From NCBI GenBank assembly GCA_965153285.1, contig OZ229112.1: DNA of 64,000 nucleotides; one strand, written 5' to 3'. This document shows, piece by piece, positions 27,185-39,724 of this stretch (position 1 is the stretch's first letter; every line of letters starts with the position of its first letter). The stretch comes from Podarcis tiliguerta (Eukaryota). Under the pieces are notes generated by a model that had not been told where the DNA came from, did no database searches, and was given only the letters and a program-made list of their open reading frames with translations. The position numbers were made by a program, and so were the translations under genes.

Positions 27185-28088
27185 AGTTAAAACTATCATT
27201 AAAATTGCAGTTAATGCTAAATGCTGCAGCCCAATTGCTGACAGGAATAAGATTCTGTCAGCATATTACACCTTTGTTCAAAGATCTGCACAGGCTGCTG
27301 TTTTGTTACAGGGCCAAGTTGAGTGTTTTACTGTTGGTATATAAAGACGTGCCTTCTCAACCAATTTCAGCCTGCAGAACTTGCCCTTTTACAAGTGCCA
27401 AATAATGTTCACTCCACATTTTCAAGGAATCAGTCTTTAGACTGTTTCAGCACCTAAAACCTTTTTAAAGCCTAACCAGACATATGAATTAGTTACATGT
27501 ATTCATTCTCAACATCTTACCAATTTTATTTTTGTTTTAATGTTAATTGTTTTAATGATGATTATTTTATGCATATTTGGTTTTCTAATAGTTTTTGTGG
27601 AGTTTATCTGTGTATTATTTGCAATTTTATTATGGACACCCTTTAAACCTATTTTTTTTATTAAAAAAAACACCCCAGAGCATCCTAAAATTACTGAAAA
27701 CAGAAAGCAGCTTCGCTGGTTTATGCCTGGTAGAATAGGAATGTTTTCCCTTGATGGTGGAAATCCGTCAGGGTCTGTAGTCTGCTCTTTTGGCAGTAGG
27801 GTGTTCCATAGGTAGGGACCCACAACAGAGGTAGCTGTTGCACATGTCACAACCCAGTGGGACAAGCTTAACAGTTAGACAAGGGCCTAGGATGGATGAT
27901 ATAGGAGAATGTGTCTCAAGAAACATGCCTGCCATGACATCATCATGCTATGCCATGACATCATCGCCAATGTGTTTCACAGTCATCAGCCAATGAAGCA
28001 GATTTAGCAGGAGACTGTTTTGTTGGCAGCCATATTTCAGTCCCAATATGTCATTCTAGCCTCAGAGCTACATAGCATTGTTGTTAAG

Positions 28089-28360
28089 GAATCATAGAAG
28101 GGACCCAAGGGTCATCTAGTCCAGCCTCCATGATGCAGGAATCAGCTGAAGCATCCAAGACAGAGAGGTGGCCACCCAAGCTCTGCTTAAAAACCTCCAC
28201 TGAAGGAGAGTCCACAACCAACCGAAGAGATCCATTCCACTGTCGAACAGCTCTTACTGATGGAAAGTTATTATGGATGTTTAGTTCCTTTCTTATAATG
28301 TGAAGCCATTGGTTCGGGTCCTACCCTCCGGAGCAGGAGAAAACAAGCTTCCTCCATCCA
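28089..28360 (-). mobile_element. Older CR1 3' fragment
   Basis: gaatcatagaa tail and ttccactgtcgaacagctcttactg shared with the 55455 CR1. Confidence 0.8.
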
Positions 28361-28471
28361 GGCAGGGTGCACAGAATTCCCCTGTCCCTCATAATAGTAA
28401 ACAGTCCAGTGGAAACCGAAATGTATTAAAGAGCCTTCCTGTGTTTGTCTCTTCCCATTAACGGGAGTTTA

Positions 28472-28923
28472 CCGTATAGTTAAAGCTATGGTTTTCGCAG
28501 TAGTGATGTATGGAAGTGAGAGCTGGACCACAAAGAAGGCTGATCGCCAAAGAATTAATGCTTTTGAATTATGGTGCTGGAGGAGACTCTTGAGAGTCCC
28601 ATGGACTGCAAGAAGATCAAACGCATCCATTCTGAACGAAATCAGCCCTGAGTGCTCACTGGAAGGACAGATTCTGAAGCTGAGGCTCCAATACTTTGGC
28701 CACCTCGTGAGAAGAGAAGACTCCCTGGAAAAGACCCTGATGTTGGGAAACATGGAGGGCACAAGGAGAAGGGGACCACAGAGGATGAGATGGTTGGACA
28801 GTGTTCTCGAAGCTACCAGCATGAGTTTGACCAAACTGCGGGAGGCAGTGGAAGACAGGAGTGCCTGGCATGCTCTGGTCCATGGGGTCACAAAGAGTCG
28901 GACACAACGACTAAACAACAACA
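28472..28923 (+). mobile_element. BovB (RTE clade) LINE, 5'-truncated
   Basis: VMYGSESWT...AFELWCWRRLLRVPWTARRSN.SIL.EI.PECSLEGQILKLRLQYFGH...SLEKTLMLG...VHGVTKSRT; (CAA)n tail. Confidence 0.95.
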
Positions 28924-29977
28924 TAAGAGACTGTACTCAACATAAGTTCTAACAAAAGACCAAGACTTTAGGTAATATAAGATGGATAAAAGTCCTTTAA
29001 AAGGGGGAAGGGGGAGGGAAATAAAATGATTAAACAAACAAGCTCAAGCATCCACCAGTGTCTCTTGCTATGTTTTGAAAGATTGATGCCAAATGCGGGA
29101 TTTATTGGAATTTGATCAGATAAAAATTTGAATGTTGTGGGAATGTCTTTGAACCCGTCGACTTGGCGGCCCCTTTGGTAGCCTTCACCACATCTTTATT
29201 TTATTAAGGTGCTTCTGTATTTAGAAATAAACCTCTGCTCCCATTTTTTCTTTTTCTTTTTATGAATAGGCATCCTGAAAGGGTACCCCTGGCAGAGTAG
29301 GACAAGCCGTGGGGTGGAGGGAGGAAGCAGAGCGGGGCACAAATCCTATCCGTTGTTTGGAGTGGTTGCAGCGAGATTGTTTTTATGGCAGTTTATTAGC
29401 TACAGACTATAAAACAATAACGTGTTCAAATGACTTCCTATGGAAACAGTGCCATGTTTTGGTAACACATCATAAAGCATCATGAGGAATGGAGCTGAAA
29501 TTCTGGGTTTTATTACTACTGTTATCTGAGGCTTTAGCCTGCTTAGGTACCTGATAGGCTGCTGGAAGGGAGGAATGCGATGATACAGGGAAGGAGGAGG
29601 AGAGGGGGGAGACATTGAGCTGCACCGGGCTTCCAGCGGCAGCTCAGACCCCAGGGGGGACATTAAATTACAAGGAAGGACTTGAGGAGGCAAAAGGTTT
29701 AAGGCATTTTTCTGCTCTCAGTTACACTGGTGTGGGTTTCGGATCACCAGATTCCTTCAGATCCTGCTCAAATAAAGACGGGAAGAGACCGCTCAGGAGG
29801 AGCATGATTGCGTGATGGGCTCCACAAAGAGCAGAATAAGGTGGAATAGTTTGGTGGGTGGGTGTTGTAGAATGGACTGTACCACTCTATGCTGGGAGTG
29901 GGTGGGGGCCATATTTTTTTGAATTCTCCCCTGCACCAGCAAGGAATGGACTGGCTGGATGCAGAGGAGTGGTGAGA

Positions 29978-30351
29978 GGTAAAAGGTAAAGGTAAAAGAC
30001 CCCTGGACGGTTAAGTCCAGTCAAAGGCGACTATGGGGTTGCGGCACTCCTCTCGGCTTTCAGGCTGAGGGAGCTGGCATTTGTCCACAGAAAAATTTCC
30101 GGGTCATGTGGCCAGCATGACTAAACCACAGCAGGACGCCATGACGGAAACCAGAGCACACAGAAATACCATTTACCTTCCTGCCGCAGTGATACTTGTT
30201 TATCTACTTGCACTGGTGTGCTTTCAACTGCTAGGTTGGTAGGAGATGGGACAGAGCAATGGGAGCTCACCCAGTGGTGGGGATTCAAACCGCCAACCTT
30301 CCGATCAGCAAGCCCAAGAGGCTCAGTGGTTTAGACAACAGCGCCACCCAC
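29978..30351 (-). mobile_element. Sauria SINE, older subfamily
   Basis: (AAAGGT)n tail and degenerate body; sits inside a purine-rich LTR-like repeat (about 29500-30600). Confidence 0.85.
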
Positions 30352-31779
30352 TGGTGGGGGGCACCAGCTGGGGAACCCACAAAGAAGAAGGCTCAGAGCC
30401 AGGGGATCGGTGATGGGTCGACGATGAGTGGTCAGAATCTGAAGAAGTAACAGGGTTTAGTGAGCAGGAAGAGGCTGTGGCAGAGGGCAATCCAGAATCA
30501 GAGGCAGAAGTGCAGGCTGGAGAGGAGGGCAGCCAAGAGGCAGAGATGACACAGGCTTCTAAAGAATAAGCCCTCTGGAATAAGTTACCAGCTGAAATTA
30601 GACATGCTATGCAGGGGCCTTGTTTATTGGCATCTGTCTAGAAATCAAGATTGCTGGTTGCACCCATTGATCATCTTAAGTGTTTGCTACTATTGCTCCT
30701 TAAGATATTGGTGTTAATACAGCTGTGAGACTTTGCAGCTGTCCACAGGGTTCCTCTTGTGTAGCCTCACTTGTTTGTCACCAAAATGCTGATGACTAAG
30801 CTCTGTCTCTTGGCTTCATTCAGTCTTCCTGCAGCAAATGTATGTGACTTAGAGGAAAGCCAAGACAGGATTGTGCAAGAGCCATTCCACACCAGGCTTT
30901 ATATTGGGCATAAAATCTAGCATCAAATTATCACCCTAGTTTATTTATTAATTCTCATGTTGGGATGCGATGGCACTGACCTCCAGATATTGGAAGAAGT
31001 GTGTCAATCAGCATCCCTAAAAACAAAACGAAAAAGAGGGCTTGCTCTGGTTTAGTGGCTTTGCCTTCTATGGCTTGATGTTTTAATAAAACCTACCACG
31101 CCTCAGGCGAGCTACAGCTAAATGCTCGTGCCTCTTTTTTTGCCGAGGTTTATTTGTTTTGCTTTGCATGACATCTTCGTTCCTGACAATCTCGACATCT
31201 CCCTCAACTTCAGGAAATTGCACCGAGCATTTCGGCATTTTCCTGGGGTGAAGCTTTGTTTGTCTGTTTTTTTGCTTGACGGTACTGAGACCGCTTTGTG
31301 CTGAACTGTAAAGTGAAGAAGACAGAAACAAGGGCGAGTTGTTGGGAAGGCTTCCCAGCTTTGTAGACGTTATTTTGCTCCGCTAGCTAGATCAGAGGTA
31401 GCAGCCAACCAATGTGGTGGCCTCCAGATGTTACTGAACTACATCTCCCATCATCCCTGACCATGGGCCATGCTGGCAAAGGCTGATGGGAGTTGGGGTC
31501 CAGCAACAACATCTGGAGGGCATAATATTGCCTACGCCAAAGCCAGATGGTTAGTGACTTCTTTGCAATGTATTCCCACAATCGATAACTCATTCCATTA
31601 CCATGAGATTATCCTGCGACATGATTAAGGAAAATGTTTTGCATGGATCTCCACTTGTTGAGGGTGGGTGGTACCAGATTATGGAGGTTAGTGAGAAATA
31701 ACCTAGTCCACATGGAAGAATACTGATGTCATGTGGTATTTATTTGATTAATTATCAGTTTCAGCAAATTTATACAGTA

Positions 31780-32028
31780 CAGTGGAACCTCTACTCACAT
31801 ACGGAATCTGTTCCGGAGGTCCGTTCGTGAGTCAATCCGGGTTGCTGGCAGAAGCGCCGTTCTGCGTGTGTGCAGACAGTGGCAGCCGCTTCTGAGCATG
31901 TGCAGATGGCAGAAGCCGCTTCTGCACGTACGTGAAACACGGCAAACCCAGTATTTACTTCCGGGTTTGCTGCGGTCACAAATCGATTTGTTCGTGAGTA
32001 GGGGCGGTGGTAAGTCGAGGTTCTACTG
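31780..32028. mobile_element. Tc1/mariner-pogo-like MITE
   Basis: ta-cagtggaacctc...gaggttctactg termini. Confidence 0.7.
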
Positions 32029-33986
32029 TTTCTAAGCAGTGTGCAATGAAGATACAAAAGAGATGCAAATGATAAAATTTGTTAAAATGTACTGTTAAAC
32101 CAGAAAAGCTAACTTAAAATGCCTGTTGAAATCTTTAAAAGTCTTCACCGGACACCTGGTGTTCAAAAGGAAGGGGACCTGTCTAGAGGCACCAGCTTCT
32201 CAGGATTACTGAGGGCGCCCTGATGTCACGCATGGAGGCAGAGGGTGGAACCAAAAGCCCTCTGAACAATGTGGGGCCCAAAGTGCCTCCGCCCCCCAGG
32301 AACTAGCACCTACGGTAGTGCTTTTCAAACTGTGTGTTGCGCGACACGTTAGTATGTCAGCTGCAGTGTGTAGGTATGTCGCACAAACGCTCCCCGCACT
32401 CCTCCTGGGGTTGGAAAGGGTTCGTTTCACTTCCGGTTTGCTAGTAAAACTGAATTACTGTGTCATGAAATGATGCAAAACTGAATTACTGTGTCTCAAA
32501 ATGATGCCTGCCCAGAAAGTGTCACCAACCTGAAAGCTCTGACCTCTGGACCTGTGTGATCACAGCCGGGAGAGAAATCCAGAGAATTAGGCCCACAAAT
32601 CTGAATACACAGTTTCTGGTGGATGCGAGCTGTGCGTCTGACCCATGAGAGACTACTAACAGTGACTCCCCTGAATATCTCAGTGATCAGGCAGGGTTAT
32701 AAGGCACCAAACAGGCCTTATGATGTCCTGGACCCAAGATTTGACCTTGAACTTGGCCTGGTACCGTATGAGCAGCCCATATGATTGTGTTACTGTTGTG
32801 CTATGGTTGTTGAAGTACCACTTCCTACATTTTCTGCCACACAGGTAGTTGTCATGTGAAAGGATACAGCCTTGCAGTTGCAACCCATCCTCATTCTTTA
32901 TTGCTCTCCACACTTTCCATATACCTGCCCCTTAAACACAATCTTTGGCAATATTTAGAGTAATAATTTCCAACATAGGCTAAAATTAGACAGTGTAGTG
33001 TTGTAGCCGGCAATGAAAATGGGATGTTGTTGGCAAATGTGGCTCTTTGATCAGACTGTCCGCTCCAGGAAAAAGACTGACATAGAGCAGTTCTGTATAT
33101 GCAGTGTTACCCTTGCAGATAGCAGGCCCTGAAGTGTATTGTTCATAACAGCCAGCGTTAAGAGCTGGCAGTGAAAAGATGGGGCACCCAAAGAAAGAAA
33201 CGAGCTGTGGATGGGGACAGGAAACCCACCAGCCCATTGTAGTTTGTCAACAGATCTCTGCACACATTGAAAACCATTTCTCACAGTCATGAGGGCTAGT
33301 AACATTCAATTTTTAAAAACATGTCTGATTTTTACTGTTGCTCAACATGGGTGCAGAGGATGGAAGCAACCCTGTTGTGACTGTGTGAACTAATGTGGCT
33401 GCTACACCCACGCAAGCCGTAATTGGGTTTGGTCTGTGTCTGCAGCATGTACTCTTTATTTGCAAACTTGCATGATGAACGTGCTTGGCAATTTCTCAGG
33501 AAGCGGATCACAGAACTATAGGCTTTAAAACATTTGGCAAGTCATATGTACCTTTTGTATTTTGGCAAGAACTCTGCACCTCGTACAATAGTTTATAAGG
33601 ACCACATTCTGCTCTCAATTATTGCCAGATCCAAACCTCGTTGAAGCCAAGGGAAAGACCCCTGTTGGCTTCCGTGGCTGCAGTGCCATTCCCATTGCAA
33701 TCGCACACCATTATGCAAGGCTGGCCGACAGAAGAGCAGGACGTGGAGGGTTTGGCAGGTAGGCCTGGTTGCCTAAAAAGGCCGGCTTGAACCCCTGTTG
33801 AATGACGTCCGTGCAAAATGTGCTGGAGTGGCTTTGCAGTAAGTGATGGACAACCTGAGTCACTTTCCCAGAAGAGAGAAGCAAACACATAGGATTAGTT
33901 GACACCAGAGCTGAAACCTCAAGTTTCTCCCCTCCTTCCATGAAACATAAATGGTTCTCTCCCACCCCCGCTTTATCTTCACAACA

Positions 33987-34128
33987 GCTGGGATAGTTTG
34001 GGTGGTAGAGCATGAGACTCTTGATCTCAGGGTCATGGTTCATGTCCCACGTTGGACAAAGGATTCTTGCATTGCGGGGGGGGGGGGGGGGTTGCACTAG
34101 ATGGTTCCTTCCAACTCCACACTTCCAT
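33987..34128 (+). mobile_element. tRNA-Lys(CTT)-derived SINE with CR1-like tail
   Basis: ggtagagcatgagactcttgatctcagggtc...cccacgttgg matches tRNA-Lys(CTT); ends ggggttgcactagatg..ccttccaactc like the CR1 3' end. Confidence 0.8.
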
Positions 34129-35092
34129 AACCCTCTAAGGCAGGTTAGGCTGAGAGAGAGAGACTGGCCCAAGGTTATCCAATGGGCTTCAGAGCTGAGT
34201 GGGCAGCTGAACCAGGATCTGTTCCCATCATAGTCCAGTGCTCCAACCACTGCAACCCAGGTGTGGCATGGGCCAGCCTTTAGCAATTAAGATGGTAGAT
34301 GAAGGTACTAGCAAGTTAAACTTACCAATTTTGTTTTGAACACGTTTTCCCCACCCCTGTGCGTATAAAATCTGTTTATGTGTTTATGGTGTGGCTGATG
34401 TAACTTAGAAGTCAACACGAGTGGTTGCATTCATGTCTGTTTATCGATGGCGCATACCTGGGGATTTTTGCTCACCTTGGTGACCTTAAGGAATGTACAG
34501 CCGAACTCTGTATTCTCATCATACACTGCTCACAAATAGTCGGTTATATAACCAAGTAAGCATCACCTTAGGCTAGTCACACTTCTCTGAAGTCTCTCAG
34601 CCTCACTCACCTTGTTGTTGGGGAGGAAGGGAAAGGAGATTGTTAGCCACTTAAGGGGAGTGAAAGGCGGGATATCAAGTCCAAACTCCTCCTCCTCCTC
34701 TTCTTCTACAGTATAGATTTTGGAAGTTTGCATGAGGTCATCATTTTCTACTTTGGGTGTGAGACAGAGGGAGGGGTGGTGGTACCCATAATGGTGGTTG
34801 TGGGTAGGGGGACGGGGCACTAAGGTGGGGACACTATGTGGGGAGACTCAGATGCCTACAGGCCATCCCATTAGGCAGGTACCTTGTGGAATGGCTGCTG
34901 TGCCTTCTGGCCTGCTAGTATTCTATTGGTTCACACTGAAGTCTCACGCATCCACCTTTTGATTGTAGATGAAGGAGGTGACTTGGCATGTATTACTGAG
35001 ATCTAGATGGAACTGATCTAACCCAGCTTTGCCCACATAGGTACTTGGTGCAGCACCAGTTTGTCGCCCTTCCTTTATTCAGCTTTAAAGTA

Positions 35093-35320
35093 CAGTGGTA
35101 CCACGGGTTAAGAACTTAATTTGTTCTGGAGGTCCGTTCTTAACCTGAAACTGTTCTTAACTTGAGGTACCGCTTTAGCTAATGGGGCCTCCTGCTGCTG
35201 CCGCCGCGTCGCTGCTGTGTGATTTCTGTTCTCATCCTGAAGCCAAGTTCTTAACCCGAGGTGCTATTTCTGGCTAGTGGCGTCTGTAACCTGAAGTGTC
35301 TGTAACCCGAGATCCCACTG
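35093..35320. mobile_element. Tc1/mariner-pogo-like MITE (family A)
   Basis: TA target duplication on both sides, cagtgg...ccactg TIRs. Confidence 0.85.
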
Positions 35321-36845
35321 TATCTTATTTTGCTATTGCATCGTATTGCAGTTGTAGCTCATTATACTTCCCTTGCCACATAAGACAGGAAATTTGCATC
35401 CATGGATGTTGCACTTTTCCCTGCAAGTTAAAATATGTCAATACAACACAGGCAGCGCAGGTCAGGATTGCCAGTTTTACAAAAGCACTGGGCAAGTTGG
35501 GATGTCACAACAAACCATGGTTTATCTTGACAAGAGCGAGCAGCTGTGGGCCTTGGGTTGGTGTGTTCTGTTCCCCACCTCCTCTTCCAATGCAATCATG
35601 AGGCAGTGGTGGGAAGGTCTTGTTTCCTTTTTAGATTTCATTTTGCCAGAATCCGACAAACTGTGGTTTGAAATTAGCCTGCTTTAACAAACCATGGTTA
35701 AAATTAGGGTTTGGACAGCACACAAAAGTATGGTTAATTTTCAAAAAATGAAAGTTAGAGACCCCGACTCACTTTGTCTCTTTCCCACCAGTGTGCTGTA
35801 ATGGTTAGCTACGGTTTGGGAGACTAGGGTCTAAATCTCCACTTGGTGACCTTGGGCTAGTCACTTCCTCTCAACCTAGCCTACCTCACAGGGTTGTTGT
35901 AGGGATTAAATGAGAAGGTGGGGAACCATGTATGCCTTGAGTTCCTTGGAGAAAAAGATGGGATGTAAATGAACGAACCATGGTTCAAACTGTTAGTACC
36001 ATTTGCCTCAGCTGATCACTGGACAGCCCATAAAAGGCAATTCCCAAGCCCTGTGCAATGCAAGCCTGGCACCTTGGCAGTCACCTGGGGCATCTGCCAC
36101 TAAATCTGGCTCTGGGCAATGGAAAATGGTATCTGGGCACAGATGTTGGTGCACTGTTAAAGCTAAGCAGGTCATGTCTTAATGATGGACATTCTGCTAG
36201 TAAATAAATCAGTGAAAGCAAGACTAGCGTTTTTATTTTCCAATATCTTAGTGAATCACGTTGTCCTGTGGAGAATTTTATATGCTTTTTTGAAAAGCTA
36301 ACACACTCTGGGTTATATCAGAAATACGTAAAGCAGGTCAACACAAGTAAAAGAGGATGTAGTCTGCGTTTGAAATGTGCTTTTATTTTCCTCCAGTGTC
36401 CCGGCAATGATGAAATTCTAACCCACTTTGCTGTGGTTTGTAGTAACTTCTGGCTTTGAAAGCCTGGATCTCAGTTCTGTTACCTCTTTGTAATGCACAG
36501 AGAGATTGAGCAAGGAGGGAAACAGTTCTGGGATGAGCAAAGAATCTTGGAGCCATGAATTAAAGCTACTCTGATCTTTAAAACCCTAACCATCCTGCCA
36601 TATTCATTTGCAACACAGGAACATACGCAGCAGCCCAGATGAAAAGCAGGATGCCACCAGGTCTGGTTGCAACATCAAAATTTGCAGGCTCAATGTTGGA
36701 ATCCAATTTCATTCTATATATTTATATTCATATCTGCTGTATGTGATTGTTTGTAACCTGTTGGGTGGAGCAATTATTTTCTGTACCATTGCCATCTTGT
36801 TTTGAACTAGTTTTGAGCTAGTTTTTCTTCTCAGTGAAATCCTGA

Positions 36846-37046
<201 letters not shown>

Positions 37047-37083
37047 TGATCATTTAGAGCCTGCCTATGCTAAATCTAAATAG

Positions 37084-37266
<183 letters not shown>

Positions 37267-37378
37267 TAAAAATTAAAATTGTTATGTGATAAGTAAGAGG
37301 AGTTTTTACAGTACGTGGAAAATACAAAAACCCAGTTCATTGAAAAGATTGAGATCTGTGTGTTTATTTTGTGTGTTT

Positions 37379-37412
<34 letters not shown>

Positions 37413-38972
37413 GGTCTCCTTCCTGAAAGAAAGGTCACCACATTTCTCCAGAGCAGCTAAGAGGGAATGCTCATGGTAACACCAAAATTTATTGAAGCCA
37501 AATATTGTTTGGATGATAACTGGGATTCCCCAGAAGCGGGATGCAAATCCCTGACCGGCTCCACACCCAAATCCAAGTGGATTCGTCAACTGAATCAAGT
37601 GGGAGCAAGTGGGTCATGGTTATTGCATACTAGCAAATGAGAGCAAAGGAAACATTTGTGGATAGGTTTTTTTAAAAAAACCGGCAATCCACAAGAGTGT
37701 TTTAGGGTGGAATACATTGGAATTAAAAATCCATCTTGCAACAATAAAGGAACCCATAAATTGATTTAACAGAAAATGACAACAAAATTGAGAGGAATCA
37801 AATTCAGTGATAATTTAAATTGCCTGAGAAAGCAAGATGAAGGGTCCCCATTCCATTGTCCATCTTAAATCAAGCCCTCACCCCTGAGTTTGCTTCTTTT
37901 GTGTGTAGTTTAATTTACGGGGTCTCAAATACAGTAATGGGATCTGGAAGGATGAGTGTGTGCTTGTGTACAGAGATTGGGTTGTTGTTTTTCCTTTAGT
38001 GATGATACCTGGGTGGGTTTCAGTATCCTGTCAAAATTTATTTCCTGTTATCTTCTAGTGTAATCTAACCCCATACAAATCAATGAGTCAGACTATTGTT
38101 TTCAGCCTTAGACTTCAGTCCTAAGCATACATATTAGAGTGTAAGTCCTATTGTGCTCAGTGGGACTGTAAGCATTCTTAGGATTGGACTGCACAGCATT
38201 TTTATCTTAGATTAGTAGAGTGTATCAGAAGTGTAGAGTTAATATTTGAGTTAAATAAATATCTAAATGCATGTTGTACTAAAATAACTGTGAAAGAAAA
38301 AAACTTTAATATATTGTATTACAACTGACTAAATGACTAATCATGAATGCAGATGAAGTTTATCATATAGTTATCTCCTGGCATTGTTATGTGCTGAAAT
38401 TGCATTTTATTTTATTTTATCTGATTGAGGGCAGAATATGTGTTCAGTTTGGATACTTCTCCAAACCACAGCTTGACAGATTAGGAACATGCCATGGATT
38501 CACACAGTCTCCATCTTCTGTTGTACACCAGTTCCAACTTCTGTTTCTGGGTTGTTCTAACCATAGTTTGCCATGATATGCTATGCCGAACCATGATTAG
38601 TGCTAACCTACAAAGCATGGTTTACAAACATATTTCAAATCATGGTTTGGTGCTCAGCATTAACCATAGTTTCTACAACTCAGACATCATACTATAGTAA
38701 AATAGAGATGAGTTTGATGAAGGAAGGCAGTGCTATAGAACTTCCTAAACAAAGGTTTGGAAGGTTGTCTCAAAGGACCCACAGTGATCAACATAATGAG
38801 AACTTCTTATGAAATTGACATATGCATATCAGCATGTGATAAATGCTCCCACCCAATGCCAGTGCCCTCTGATTTTTTTTTCTGTGGTTCGAGTTTCTTG
38901 TAAAAAGTTGGTTTATATAATTTGTTCCAGAAGAGCAGCACAATATTTATTACCAAAATGTATTTTTTAAAG

Positions 38973-39147
38973 GTATTGATGACTACTACACATATCCCAG
39001 TGGTGAGAAATCTTTAAAGCCCAGTAGGAAAAAAAACAGTGGGAAGACCCCACATCTTCTGCTAATGTTATTGCCCTCCTACAGAGTTGAGTCGCAACAG
39101 TCCAGTCGGCGGAGGAAGCGTGCTCTAGATGCTGCCTATTGTTTTAG
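38973..39147 (+). CDS. TGFB2: TGFB2 coding exon 5 (end of LAP, furin site, start of mature peptide)
   Basis: ttttttaaag|GT...TTT AG|gtaatt; 175 nt; [59 protein letters not shown]; RRRKR at 39107-39121, mature peptide starts at 39122. Confidence 0.97.
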
Positions 39148-39484
39148 GTAATTATGGATTGAGGCGTTGTCTCTGCCTGCATGTGTAGAAATAGGTTAAC
39201 ATTCATAGAATATAAATACAGCCCCATAATTCCATGATTCTATTTTTTTAATAAAAAATGCCTCTTGCTGGGTATGAACAAAGAGCAGTAGTTGAACACC
39301 CAGGTTCTTATAGTCTCGTTACAACTGATTTAATGTAACAAAATTCAAATTTTCTTCCCAGTAAATTCCATTATCTCCTACTGGCCTTAGTTGTAATGAA
39401 AGATCACATTTACTTCCCACTACCCCACCCCACCCCCCACAGAAAACAAAAAACCCATGCACATTGTGGCCAAGTTTAGATGTA

Positions 39485-39724
39485 CAGTGGAACCTCAGTC
39501 TTTGAATGTAATCCATTCCGAAAGATTGTTCAACTTCCGAAACGTTCGAAAACAGAGGATCAATGGGCGGTCAGTAAAATCCACTGAAAAAATGGGAAAC
39601 ACGTAGCGGAAGCCGTTCGACTTCCAAAGCACGTTCGAAAATGGAAACTATTACTTCCAGGTTTTCGTTGTTCGGGTTCCAAATTGTTCAGCTTCTGAGA
39701 TGCTCGAAAACCGAGGTTCCACTG
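39485..39724. mobile_element. Tc1/mariner-pogo-like MITE in TGFB2 intron 5
   Basis: TA-cagtggaacctc...gaggttccactg-TA. Confidence 0.85.

Noticed and set aside
33987-34060. Functional tRNA-Lys gene
   Set aside because: Mutated D and T arms, fused to a CR1-like tail; it is a SINE head.
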